A stretch of DNA of 62,780 nucleotides from IMG/VR virus record IMGVR_UViG_3300007609_000001, positions 1-62,780 of that record; one strand, 5' to 3'. The DNA is from a virus (Duplodnaviria; Caudoviricetes). The number at the start of each line of letters is the position of its first letter. Positions within the stretch are counted from its first letter, which is position 1. Of the stretch, positions 34,624-43,823 are shown piece after piece. The position numbers and the translations under genes are program-made. A model generated the notes under the pieces. That model made no database searches. It worked only from the letters and a program-made list of their open reading frames with translations, and was not told the origin of the DNA.

Positions 34624-35112
34624 TCATTCATGTTCTTTAACTGCAGCATTAGAATGCTCCCGTATGTAGTCAGAATACCGCTCATTGACCACCACTTTCC
34701 ACATTTCTGGCGTGTACTCGCGTGATTTTTCCAACCCCACACATCGAATGATAGCATGGGCAATCATCATCCCCGGAGCATATCTGAGGACATGCGCCAT
34801 TTCTAACCCGCGTTCGTCTTTATCGTGCTCGTATTTAGTTGCTGTTTCGTACGCTGAAAACACCGAAAGCCACATAGGAGTGAACTCGTGCTGGTGTCGC
34901 GCGTAGAACGGGTTAGTCGGCAGCTTCACTAAACACATTAAAAACGCATCACAAATCTCTGATGTAGCGACATCTACATCTTTGTCTACTAAGTCGTCCA
35001 CAATGTTAGACAGGCGCGCTAGAGTTTTTGCCATGTCAAGCGCTGCTTGGTTGCCTCCGAACCACGCTAATTGAAATTCAGATTTTAAATCTGCAGGGGC
35101 CTTGTAGTTCAT
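34624..35112 (-). CDS. Hypothetical helical protein with DDxxD motif
   Basis: IVDDLVDKD; LPTNPFY. Confidence 0.65.
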   Translation of the reverse strand: MNYKAPADLKSEFQLAWFGGNQAALDMAKTLARLSNIVDDLVDKDVDVATSEICDAFLMCLVKLPTNPFYARHQHEFTPMWLSVFSAYETATKYEHDKDERGLEMAHVLRYAPGMMIAHAIIRCVGLEKSREYTPEMWKVVVNERYSDYIREHSNAAVKEHE

Positions 35113-36791
35113 TTAGGCATCATCTTTTCCGCTTTTACTTCTGGCGCTTGCTTTTCTTTGCCAGTGCGCGCCCGACGGATTCGGTCCATCATGGCGTATA
35201 ACTGTTTGGCACCAGCATCTGAAGAACCGTTACCAAGATGGCTTACGACATCAGCAGGGATAACAAACTCACCACTGCTAAGCGCTGCAGGCTGCTCGCC
35301 GTCGATCAGGGCTTCTATGCCATCACTCATGCCATCACCCGGCAGCATACCGCCGTCTAAGTAACCGCCTTGAGCGTACCCTGCACCAGCAGTGCCGCCA
35401 CCATCACCACGACCTCCGGGGAAACTAGCTGGGGCAGCAGACTTTTTGTCCCCATCCCCCTCAAATTCTTCAATAAACTGATTAAGTCGATCTGGCGGTA
35501 CGTAGACGGGGCTGTGCCCGCCAGTGTATCCAGAACGCTGAGAGGCCAGCCGATTACCGGCACCCTGCTGTAATTCCCGCATAAACGCGTCGTACTGCGG
35601 GTTTGGAGGAGGAGCTGCAGGTGCTTGCGCTTCAGGGTTAGCCCCTACACCACCTACGCCACCACCGCCGGGGCCCTGCCTTTCCCCCATTCGCCCTGCC
35701 GGGGTCATGGTGCGGGAGCCACCTTGCATTGTTAGCGCTTTTTCACCAGATTCACCACCGGGGCGACCGGGGTTTGTTGAGCGCATGTCGCGGTCTCTGT
35801 CATCACTTCGACCTGCGCGGCGGCTAGGAGCAAGCCTGCCGCCTCTACGCAAACCAACAATGCCGCCTTCTTGGAACTCTTCAAACAACGGCCCCCCGCC
35901 AAACCCAGTAGGCATTGGACGGCCAACAGCTGCGTAGTTAGAGCGGATAGTGTTTTGCGCTTGTTCTAGCTCTGCCTGCTTCTCAGCTTCTTTCTCTTCC
36001 GCGCGGGCTTTCATATCGTCTTGCATGCCCATTTGAGCTTGCCCGCCTAAACCAACAAACCCAGCGGCAGCTGGCCCTTTGATGTCCTGCATAAACTGTT
36101 GCCGAGCAGCTGGGTTGTTAGAAATGTTTTTAAGCCCTTCGCCCATCTGCGGTATATCGCCGTACTGACTGCCGCCGATACTAAAATCACCCGTTGTGGG
36201 GGTGGGGGCTTGTGTAAGCTGAGTAGGTGCAGAAGGACTAAGCCCAAGACTAGACGTAGCTTCTGCCGATGTAGGAGGAGGCGTAAACTGCGTCCCAGCA
36301 AACGACTGGTTGGGTACTGACTGTAAATTCCCAAAACTAGAACCGGGGCGAGTTACAACTTGGCTTGTTGAGTCTGATAGTGATAAGCCATCAGCGACTG
36401 GAGCTGCATCTGCTGCACCACTTAGAGCATTACCAATCCCACTCGCAGCGCCAGCCGTCAGACCTGCATACAGACCACGTTGTAAGGGGTCGTCCATGCC
36501 TCTAGCTGCAGCTTCTGTAGCACCTAAAGCGCCAGCAGTCAGACCAGTAGCCAGCGCACTACCCCCAACGCCAAGGCCGCCTGCGACCATGGGGGCTAAA
36601 AACGGCGCGAATAAAAACGCCTCTGGCAATCCCGTCTCCGGGTTAGTCGTGAGCTCACGACCCATTGCGCTCCTAGCCAAAGCATTAAGCCCGGCTACTT
36701 CGTCGTGTGAGACGTGCATCAGCGTGTTATCGCCGTTGCGTCCTTTTTTAGCTAAGTCTGTAATGCCGTTCATGAGGAACCCCAGTGCCAT
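35109..36791 (-). CDS. Internal virion protein
   Basis: GRNGDNTLMH...NPETGLPEAF; C-terminal GDGMSD...LSSGEFVIPADVV. Confidence 0.7.
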   Translation of the reverse strand: MALGFLMNGITDLAKKGRNGDNTLMHVSHDEVAGLNALARSAMGRELTTNPETGLPEAFLFAPFLAPMVAGGLGVGGSALATGLTAGALGATEAAARGMDDPLQRGLYAGLTAGAASGIGNALSGAADAAPVADGLSLSDSTSQVVTRPGSSFGNLQSVPNQSFAGTQFTPPPTSAEATSSLGLSPSAPTQLTQAPTPTTGDFSIGGSQYGDIPQMGEGLKNISNNPAARQQFMQDIKGPAAAGFVGLGGQAQMGMQDDMKARAEEKEAEKQAELEQAQNTIRSNYAAVGRPMPTGFGGGPLFEEFQEGGIVGLRRGGRLAPSRRAGRSDDRDRDMRSTNPGRPGGESGEKALTMQGGSRTMTPAGRMGERQGPGGGGVGGVGANPEAQAPAAPPPNPQYDAFMRELQQGAGNRLASQRSGYTGGHSPVYVPPDRLNQFIEEFEGDGDKKSAAPASFPGGRGDGGGTAGAGYAQGGYLDGGMLPGDGMSDGIEALIDGEQPAALSSGEFVIPADVVSHLGNGSSDAGAKQLYAMMDRIRRARTGKEKQAPEVKAEKMMPK

Positions 36792-36806
36792 TTTAAATGT
36801 ATTGTA

Positions 36807-37139
36807 TCAATTTCGGTCGATTTCTAAATAGCTTAAATAAAAGTCAACATCACTTTGAGAGGATTCTACCCTAAGTGAGTCTCCCGCCTGAAGCACGCAC
36901 GAGATGCCGCTAAACACGTCCATCGTCGAATTAACAGGCAAGAAGTGATTACTCAGTAGCGAATAAGGCGTCGTTTCCCCCTCGGGGTAGACATTGACAG
37001 ACAATAATGTGCTCGCAGAGTTAGCATTAGTCACGCGCAAGGAGTTCAACACCGCAGTGTTGGCTTCAGGCACAACATATAGGGCTTCTTCAGTCGCTGC
37101 TGGCGGCGTGATGAACTGCCTAAAATACTTATTAGCCAT
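36807..37139 (-). CDS. Virion structural protein
   Basis: MANKYF...SYLEID, beta-rich, in the tail module. Confidence 0.65.
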   Translation of the reverse strand: MANKYFRQFITPPAATEEALYVVPEANTAVLNSLRVTNANSASTLLSVNVYPEGETTPYSLLSNHFLPVNSTMDVFSGISCVLQAGDSLRVESSQSDVDFYLSYLEIDRN

Positions 37140-37860
37140 TGTTTGACTCCGCAGAAACAAATTGAGCTGTCAAAATAACAGAGGGTATCGCCGGGCGATC
37201 GGGCGTTGTGCGGGCAGGGTAATACTCAATGTTTACATCTGTACTCTCAGCCCACCACGCCATCTCTAAATACTCAGTCACAGGGTCGTTAACGGTAAAA
37301 ATACCCGCGATGTTAGCCACCGCATGCCCCCAGACACCCGCACTTTTTCTTGGCGGCACGTCAAATCGTGTATTACTTAACGGGTAGTTAGTGCCCGTAT
37401 TCACCGCCCATAGCTCAAACTCTTGGATTTCATTAGTCTTATTAGTGACTTGGCAGCTAATGTTAATTAAATACTGACCGGGGTAGTCAAAAAACAACTG
37501 AGTGTCATTCTCAACACGGATGCCTGAGCTAAAGATAGGCTGGTTCAGCCGCACCGTATTAGCCTGCGTCACGTCAGGGTTCGTCTGATCTGCGTTATCC
37601 ATAAACAACCCGTAAGGCACAGTTACACCTACGCTGTCTTGGAACCCACGAATATGCCCAGAAAACCCCCCACCAGCACTGCCACCACCGGCCACCCACG
37701 ACAACGCGGCTGACTCATTCTGGGTCGTAATGGGCGTATAACTGGTATTTAACTGCAGGACAATCTGCTGCACCGCTTCTTTTAGCTGGTTAAAATCTTG
37801 CGGCCTAAACTCTGTGGTTGTCGCAGAGGCGGGCAGGCGTATGTTGATAATCTTACTCAT
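37132..37860 (-). CDS. Tail needle/knob-like structural protein
   Basis: Follows the nozzle gene; N-terminal coil plus beta domain. Confidence 0.5.
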   Translation of the reverse strand: MSKIINIRLPASATTTEFRPQDFNQLKEAVQQIVLQLNTSYTPITTQNESAALSWVAGGGSAGGGFSGHIRGFQDSVGVTVPYGLFMDNADQTNPDVTQANTVRLNQPIFSSGIRVENDTQLFFDYPGQYLINISCQVTNKTNEIQEFELWAVNTGTNYPLSNTRFDVPPRKSAGVWGHAVANIAGIFTVNDPVTEYLEMAWWAESTDVNIEYYPARTTPDRPAIPSVILTAQFVSAESNNG

Positions 37861-39863
37861 CGACGGCCATCCGGTTGCGTGTCAATTCTGGCATCACCGT
37901 ATTTCCAGTAATCACCTAGCCCTTTACTCTTTATACGCAGTGCTAATTGCCGACCGCGAATCCGCGTATCAATGCGCGAGGTATCCTTCTGCACCGTGCC
38001 AATAACTTCTTGCACCTGCTGACTTAGCGGGTAATAGCGGCTGCGCATGCGGATTTCAACACTCCCCTCGACAAAAAAGTCAGGGACAAACCGACGAATA
38101 AACATTAGTTTATCGCCTTCACCTAAATCAAAATCTGCAGAAAACACAGTTGCTACCATCGGATCATCTTCGGCATCCAGCCCAAACTCATGGTTGTAGA
38201 TAAACCCACGTCGATCTGTAGCTAGCGGGTACTCAAGCGAGCCTCGATCTACCCATGTAGTACGCTCAAGCCGGCCAATCCACCATAGTTTATCTATGAC
38301 GTTATAGCTGACGTAGCGGCAGGTCTCTAAGTTGCCAATAAAATCGGGCTCAGTGACTTTACTTTCGTCATCGTGTGCTTCAGGGGTAGTGCCTCGTTTG
38401 CCGCGCTCACAATTTAAAAACCTAACATCTGTTTTACCAGAGTAATTAATGATCTCATCGTTGACCTTTATAGACCCCTCTAGCGGGAAACCGGCTGTGT
38501 TTTCAACGAGAAACTCTGTCTGCGTCGCATCAATACTGCCGTTGAGCTTAGTCGCCTCAATCTCCTCGGTAGGGTAGAACCACGTAATCTCATGGTTTTC
38601 TCTGTCTAGTGCAGCGAACACTTTGCTCTTTTGTTGCGTATTTAACGAGTCAAATATGTACTTCTGCACGGTGCAAGGGAGCACGCCCGTGCCACCTTGG
38701 AAGATATAAAACGCGTTGTCGCCCATCCAGTAAATCACGTTGTTGTACGCAATCCACGCACGCGGACTCGCCACACCTGCCGAAGAGCCTACTTGCGCAA
38801 ACCCAAACGTATACGGAGGGCCAATAAACTGCATAGACTCTACCGCCTCATCAGTCCAAATGAGTACCTGATTTTCCGTATTAGCCGCAGCAATAATTTC
38901 TGTGCCGGAAGTCAGCAGCTGGCTACCTGCCGTGTTAGTCGAAGTCGGTCTCCACTCGGTAAAGTTCTCCTGCTGCGACCAGCGCACCTGTAGTGAATCT
39001 AGCGGAGTAGCCGCGTTATCCGTACCGGGTTGGTTACAGCCTAGACAGACCATGTGTCGATCTTTAGTGACCAACACTACGCTGGTTTTATGCGGGGCTT
39101 GAGTAATCTGTGTAGCGCGGTCGCCGGGAGATGTCGCATCCCAAATATAAACTGCGCCGCCGCGCGGGCTAATAATTAAGTCCTCGCCCCAGTTCTGCAG
39201 CGACCAGAGCCTAATGTCCACCGCAACACCAGCACTTCTTGGCGTCCCCCATGTCTCTTCGCCCCACGCGCCGGCACTCCAGCCAAACTGAAACACAGAA
39301 TCTGCCAACCCCGGGTTAATCTGGTACTCAATGTCAAACGTACCCCCGCCGGATGCGACAGATGATGTCGCAGCAGTGCCTACCGTAATAGAATATGAGT
39401 CGCCGTCGATCAAAGTAATCTGATGCTCAGCGTTAATCTCGCCTGCGGGTACGCCGCCTACAGCATCGGCGTCAGAAATGGTAATAAACGCGCCATCATC
39501 GGCTCCATGAGCGATATCAGTGATAACTAACGTGTTTGAGCCGGAGGTAGTAGCAATGCCATCCGTTACCGAAGTCGTAGTGCGCACCGGGGTGATGTCA
39601 GTAACCAGCTCACCAAACTCGACGTAGACTTTAAACTCAGTAGCAAACGCGGTGTAAATAGACCCGTCTAATATGCGCCATACAAAACTAGCACGAGGAC
39701 GTCCAAATAGCTGATCGCTAATGTATTTTTGCCAGCCGCCGATCTTTTCAGGCTTGCCAGAACGAAAACGGATTTTATCGGAGTCTACCCAGCCTCCCTC
39801 TTGGGTGTAGGGGGTATTTTCTTTGTTGACGCCGGGGCGGAATTTAAGTTTTTGGTACGCCAT
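37857..39863 (-). CDS. Tail nozzle / DNA-stabilisation (tubular B-like) protein
   Basis: 668 aa, beta-propeller-like; KIRFRSGKPEKIGGW...VRWSQQE...QPDGRR. Confidence 0.75.
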   Translation of the reverse strand: MAYQKLKFRPGVNKENTPYTQEGGWVDSDKIRFRSGKPEKIGGWQKYISDQLFGRPRASFVWRILDGSIYTAFATEFKVYVEFGELVTDITPVRTTTSVTDGIATTSGSNTLVITDIAHGADDGAFITISDADAVGGVPAGEINAEHQITLIDGDSYSITVGTAATSSVASGGGTFDIEYQINPGLADSVFQFGWSAGAWGEETWGTPRSAGVAVDIRLWSLQNWGEDLIISPRGGAVYIWDATSPGDRATQITQAPHKTSVVLVTKDRHMVCLGCNQPGTDNAATPLDSLQVRWSQQENFTEWRPTSTNTAGSQLLTSGTEIIAAANTENQVLIWTDEAVESMQFIGPPYTFGFAQVGSSAGVASPRAWIAYNNVIYWMGDNAFYIFQGGTGVLPCTVQKYIFDSLNTQQKSKVFAALDRENHEITWFYPTEEIEATKLNGSIDATQTEFLVENTAGFPLEGSIKVNDEIINYSGKTDVRFLNCERGKRGTTPEAHDDESKVTEPDFIGNLETCRYVSYNVIDKLWWIGRLERTTWVDRGSLEYPLATDRRGFIYNHEFGLDAEDDPMVATVFSADFDLGEGDKLMFIRRFVPDFFVEGSVEIRMRSRYYPLSQQVQEVIGTVQKDTSRIDTRIRGRQLALRIKSKGLGDYWKYGDARIDTQPDGRR

Positions 39864-39889
39864 ACAAGCCTCCGCGACTTTGTCGCAGT

Positions 39890-40072
39890 CTATTCGTCGT
39901 CGCGAGGAACCTCAACGTCTTCATCATGCTCAATATGCACCCTAACATTGCTCTGGAGGTTCTTTGCCTCTATGTAAAGCGCCCCACTGTTGGCCGTCAC
40001 TTTAAACCGCATGTTCTGGTACACAAATTCATCGCCAGTCTGCAGGCTACCTGCATCAATCTGGGTCATCAC
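39890..40072 (-). CDS. Hypothetical protein
   Basis: Overlapping ORF in the late operon. Confidence 0.5.
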   Translation of the reverse strand: MMTQIDAGSLQTGDEFVYQNMRFKVTANSGALYIEAKNLQSNVRVHIEHDEDVEVPRDDE

Positions 40073-40589
40073 TAGCCCCCGTCAGTCGTTTTTTGCGCTT
40101 GACCACAAGCTCTTCGTACTCGTCGTCAGGATAGCCTTTATAGTACCCCAACTCTTCTAGTCTGTCGCTGGATTCGACCACGTCTGCCAAATTTTGTATG
40201 AATATCATACAGTACGGCGCTTCGATGTCGCTTTCCCAGTCATTATCGGTAAGAAAATCAAGCTCTGCGTCTTCGGCACCAAATTCAGGGTGAAACTGCA
40301 TGCAGTGTAGCTCTGGGTAAGCCTCATTAAGGCCCTCCACGAAGCTGTTAAACGCGTCTATATCAGGTATTGCATAAGATGCAACAACTACAACTTTCTT
40401 GTTTAAGTCTCTAAAAACGTCGCAAATTCCAAGCGTCTCGGCGTAGATGTAGTCTGTTTCCACCACCAGCACTTGGTCGTCTAGCCACGCTTTGCGGGCG
40501 TGCGGGCACGGAGGGAACCCATTGAGATGCTTACTTGGCACCTCAAGCACCTCGCGAGACCAACGACGCAGGTCAGCTTCTATGCTCAT
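40056..40589 (-). CDS. DUF1415-like protein (tentative)
   Basis: LNGFPPCPHA...FHP...APY. Confidence 0.55.
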   Translation of the reverse strand: MSIEADLRRWSREVLEVPSKHLNGFPPCPHARKAWLDDQVLVVETDYIYAETLGICDVFRDLNKKVVVVASYAIPDIDAFNSFVEGLNEAYPELHCMQFHPEFGAEDAELDFLTDNDWESDIEAPYCMIFIQNLADVVESSDRLEELGYYKGYPDDEYEELVVKRKKRLTGASDDPD

Positions 40590-41041
40590 TTAATCGGGCC
40601 ACCGTGAAGCCAAGCGCGACACGTGCGATCTGCCGCGCACTTAAACCCGAACAGCTGACAATAGCCAAGATCGCCGGAGTTCAGCACTTCTTTGCGCGTC
40701 TGGTTCATGTGGCGAGCGCCTTCATTCGGGTAGTCCTCGTCAAGACCAATATGGTTCTGTATGCACGCCATCATCTTGGGGGTCTGCACAAAAGCCGCGC
40801 AGTTGGCACAGCGTGAAGCTTTAGCTTCTTCTGGAGAGATGCCCCAAAGGTCCGCGATACCTTTCCAGAATGCTTTGTTGGGCTCGCTTGGGTTCATTGG
40901 CCCGTAGTCATAGTTCTTTATGGCGTAGTCGCGGTTTTTCGTATTCAGCTTAACGTCTGTCGTCGGCTTAGGGCACACAGCACCGTCTTTGTAGCCGCGA
41001 ACTATCGCTTCACCAACTGCTTTGCCTCGTTTTATAGTCAT
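40586..41041 (-). CDS. Cys-rich hypothetical protein
   Basis: CANCAAF...GYCQLFGFKCAADRTCRAW. Confidence 0.7.
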   Translation of the reverse strand: MTIKRGKAVGEAIVRGYKDGAVCPKPTTDVKLNTKNRDYAIKNYDYGPMNPSEPNKAFWKGIADLWGISPEEAKASRCANCAAFVQTPKMMACIQNHIGLDEDYPNEGARHMNQTRKEVLNSGDLGYCQLFGFKCAADRTCRAWLHGGPIK

Positions 41042-41047
41042 GCGTCT

Positions 41048-41197
41048 TTACCTATTTTTCGCTTTTTGTGCTGAGCGTTTGAACGCTTTATCTGTCGGCG
41101 CACCCTTTGACCCGGGCTTACGCATCTTCTCACCGGAGCCGGCTTTAATGCGCTTACGCTTTTTATGGATGTTACTGTATAGACCTTGTTTAGCCAT
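41048..41197 (-). CDS. Small basic protein (49 aa, not in the ORF track)
   Basis: MAKQGLYSNIHKKRKRIKAGSGEKMRKPGSKGAPTDKAFKRSAQKAKNR fills the gap. Confidence 0.7.
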   Translation of the reverse strand: MAKQGLYSNIHKKRKRIKAGSGEKMRKPGSKGAPTDKAFKRSAQKAKNR

Positions 41198-41202
41198 CTA
41201 AC

Positions 41203-41499
41203 TCACCATTTTACTTTGTCTGCCCAGTAGGCAGCAGACATTTTGCCTTTTTTAATGTTATCCGCGTGGCGCGCTTTAAATGACTTGCGCCGGCTGCGGT
41301 TAGCGTCAGACTCACCTTTTTTCTTCGGACTGCCTTTCACACCCTGCTGACCAAACCGGATTGTCTTTACATTGTCGCCTTCTTTAGCCACCACTACATG
41401 AGATTTTTTGGGATGGTTCGGCGTGCGCTTGGGCTTGTTATACCCCGAGACACCTGCCCGCTCTAACCGGGGGTCTTTTTTTGTCTTCTTCTCTGCCAT
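41203..41499 (-). CDS. Basic hypothetical protein
   Basis: KTIRFGQQG...RRKSFKARH...SAAYWADKVKW. Confidence 0.75.
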   Translation of the reverse strand: MAEKKTKKDPRLERAGVSGYNKPKRTPNHPKKSHVVVAKEGDNVKTIRFGQQGVKGSPKKKGESDANRSRRKSFKARHADNIKKGKMSAAYWADKVKW

Positions 41500-41500
41500 C

Positions 41501-42643
41501 TTAATTCTCCAACTGTTCTGGCGTAATAACTAACCGCCCAACATCGCCGTGCTTGGCATGATAAGTAATCACCTGCGCCTGTCGAGCAGAACGAAATAAA
41601 TGCCGGCTAGCATACGCATCCCGCGCTGACAACGTGCTGTGCTGCTCGACCTTCATCAGCTCAGTCTCTTTTACCAAGTGGTGGTGCAGATGTCCAACGT
41701 GGCAGTATGAGTATTTAGTACGCCCAAAAATCTCGCGGAACTCCGCTGTTAGCGCACGATCAATCTGATCGACCTTTTTTAAGTGCCCGTGGTGAAAGAA
41801 CAACGATGTGCGGCCATGTTCAACGGCATAAAACGGTTTAGGCGAAGTATCTAGGCGCAAGCGGTCCTGTTTACGGTAGCGATCAGCAAATGACTCTCGT
41901 AGCCAAATCTCACTTACTGGGTCATGGTTGCCCTCTGCCATGATTACATCGACGCTCGCATACTTTTTGAGCAGCATCTCAACCACTTCCCGAGTAACCA
42001 CAATCCCCAGCCGGACTAGCTTGGCAAACCGACTATCTGTATCTAACTGGTGCTTGTTTGCGGGAGTCACACTGTCTATGCCGTCGTAATGCAGGAAATC
42101 GCCTAGCTGCGCAAGCACCGCACGCTCAGCATCGGGAGCTTTCTCGATAGCCACGCTGAAGTACCGCAGTATCATCTCCCGCGCTAAACTAGTGTCCCAG
42201 TCTTCGCCAGTTTCTTCCCCCCAAGCCAACATGCCGATGTGGGCATCCGTTAGAATGAACAAGTTAAGTAAATCGTTGTGGGGGACTTTGGGAGCTTTAA
42301 TTTTAGGTATGACGGGGAGGTCTTCTTTGAGCGCATCGGCAGCCGCTTTCATAGCTTCGTACTGCGCTTGTTTGTCCCGGTCGGTGCAGAACCACTCTAG
42401 CTTAGTCTCGCCAGAAGTCGGGTTCCACAGTATGGAGCGTTTACGAAAAATCTCATCATCTCGCATGGGTGGTTGTATCTGTTGTTTTCTTTGGTCAACA
42501 GAGCGCCCCTGCTTAATGTACTCCAGACGCCGATACAACGTCCTACGGTGTATCCCCAACGATCTAGCTGCAGCTGCGTAGGAATCTGTACTTCTTATAG
42601 CCGATAATAACTCATCATCAGATATGAACTTACGACCAACCAT
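41501..42643 (-). CDS. Calcineurin-like metallophosphoesterase with N-terminal HTH
   Basis: DAHIG, GDFLH, GNHD, HHGH, GHLHH; AAARSLGIHRRTLYRRL. Confidence 0.85.
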   Translation of the reverse strand: MVGRKFISDDELLSAIRSTDSYAAAARSLGIHRRTLYRRLEYIKQGRSVDQRKQQIQPPMRDDEIFRKRSILWNPTSGETKLEWFCTDRDKQAQYEAMKAAADALKEDLPVIPKIKAPKVPHNDLLNLFILTDAHIGMLAWGEETGEDWDTSLAREMILRYFSVAIEKAPDAERAVLAQLGDFLHYDGIDSVTPANKHQLDTDSRFAKLVRLGIVVTREVVEMLLKKYASVDVIMAEGNHDPVSEIWLRESFADRYRKQDRLRLDTSPKPFYAVEHGRTSLFFHHGHLKKVDQIDRALTAEFREIFGRTKYSYCHVGHLHHHLVKETELMKVEQHSTLSARDAYASRHLFRSARQAQVITYHAKHGDVGRLVITPEQLEN

Positions 42644-42655
42644 AATCGGCCCTTT

Positions 42656-43024
42656 TTAGCTGCTTGTGTAATCCCACCGAGCGGGGCCACTTGAACGAGT
42701 ATCAACGTGCGTAAACGTGTTATACAAACCAAGGCTAGCATAAGGAAAATGTGCAGCTACCCAGTCGTAAACCGCCCTTGGGTCGGCACTAGGTACTTTA
42801 ATATCGGCTGCGCGGGCAAGTGTATGTTGGCTATTTGGCGCACCGCCTACGTTCTTGTTGTGCTCCGGGCAGCGGCAGCCACTAGTGATGATAACTGGCC
42901 CAAACTTCTCACGCACCGCGTTAAGGATGTCTAGCGTTGACGTGTCAACCGTATCCAATCCACACCCGCATTTGCAGGCGAACTCACTACGTAAAAAGTA
43001 CGGAGAAAGTCTAAAATTTCCCAT
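42656..43024 (-). CDS. Endolysin, peptidase M15A
   Basis: EFACKCGCG...SGCRCPEHN..VGG..NSQH...AADI...HVD. Confidence 0.9.
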   Translation of the reverse strand: MGNFRLSPYFLRSEFACKCGCGLDTVDTSTLDILNAVREKFGPVIITSGCRCPEHNKNVGGAPNSQHTLARAADIKVPSADPRAVYDWVAAHFPYASLGLYNTFTHVDTRSSGPARWDYTSS

Positions 43025-43302
43025 TATGCACCTGCACGTATGACCCAAACCAAATAAGAGACAACCGCGCCAGAGAGTAACCATGCGGCGCGCTCACCGA
43101 TTCGCACGGTGTTGGTTTTTGTCGCCAGCTTTTTTTCAACTTCTGTAACACGGTCTACAACCTTCTGTTGGTTTGAGTCATACGCATCCATTCGATTAAA
43201 TAACGTCACCATCCGCTCTTCCATCCGAGCAAGGCTGACCACAGCGTCGGATAGTTTGTCGAGTTTTTGCTCTATCCTCAGCAGGCGATCATCAGGTGAC
43301 AT
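43024..43302 (-). CDS. Holin-like/lysis membrane protein
   Basis: Coiled coil plus C-terminal transmembrane segment, coupled to the endolysin. Confidence 0.55.
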   Translation of the reverse strand: MSPDDRLLRIEQKLDKLSDAVVSLARMEERMVTLFNRMDAYDSNQQKVVDRVTEVEKKLATKTNTVRIGERAAWLLSGAVVSYLVWVIRAGA

Positions 43303-43334
43303 AACTTATATCCTTTTTTATGTGAGTGTCTGAG

Positions 43335-43598
43335 TTATGCGATGCCGAATAACTCGTCTAACTGCTCGTCGGTGTACCCCATTTCATTTGCTAGCCGGAG
43401 CAAGTCAGCATCCAGTCGCGCAAACGTATCGGAGTCTTCCCAAAGAATAACAATTCGATCATCGCCAGTCTGGGCAATAAAGTCTTTAACGCGCTGTAGT
43501 TCGCCCATGTTTAGCAAACCTAGTTTGAAACCAGACTTAGATAGCGATGCGACTTCGCGCTTTTTTTGGAGTGCTTTATCTTCGTTTACAACAATCAT
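43335..43598 (-). CDS. Putative tail-fibre chaperone (paralogue of the 48583 C-terminus)
   Basis: ILWEDSDTFARLD...MGYTDEQLDELFG. Confidence 0.6.
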   Translation of the reverse strand: MIVVNEDKALQKKREVASLSKSGFKLGLLNMGELQRVKDFIAQTGDDRIVILWEDSDTFARLDADLLRLANEMGYTDEQLDELFGIA

Positions 43599-43601
43599 GT
43601 G

Positions 43602-43814
43602 CTACTCCCCGTAACCGTCTGGTTCAGGCATATCTACTAACTCCCATGACTCTTGGGGGGCGGTAGGAAGCTCTGAAGAATCTACAATCCAGTACGCAAG
43701 CCCCGTAGGGACATCTTTGTCTGCAATTTCTTTAAGAGATAAAGGGCAGTTAGGCGCTGGAACAAGATACCCTACTACTCCGTCCGACTGCGTAAATACA
43801 ATAACTTGACTCAT
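43602..43814 (-). CDS. Putative tail-fibre assembly protein
   Basis: IADKDVP...WIVDSSELP...PDGYG after the fibre gene. Confidence 0.6.
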   Translation of the reverse strand: MSQVIVFTQSDGVVGYLVPAPNCPLSLKEIADKDVPTGLAYWIVDSSELPTAPQESWELVDMPEPDGYGE

Positions 43815-43823
43815 ATTAACCTC

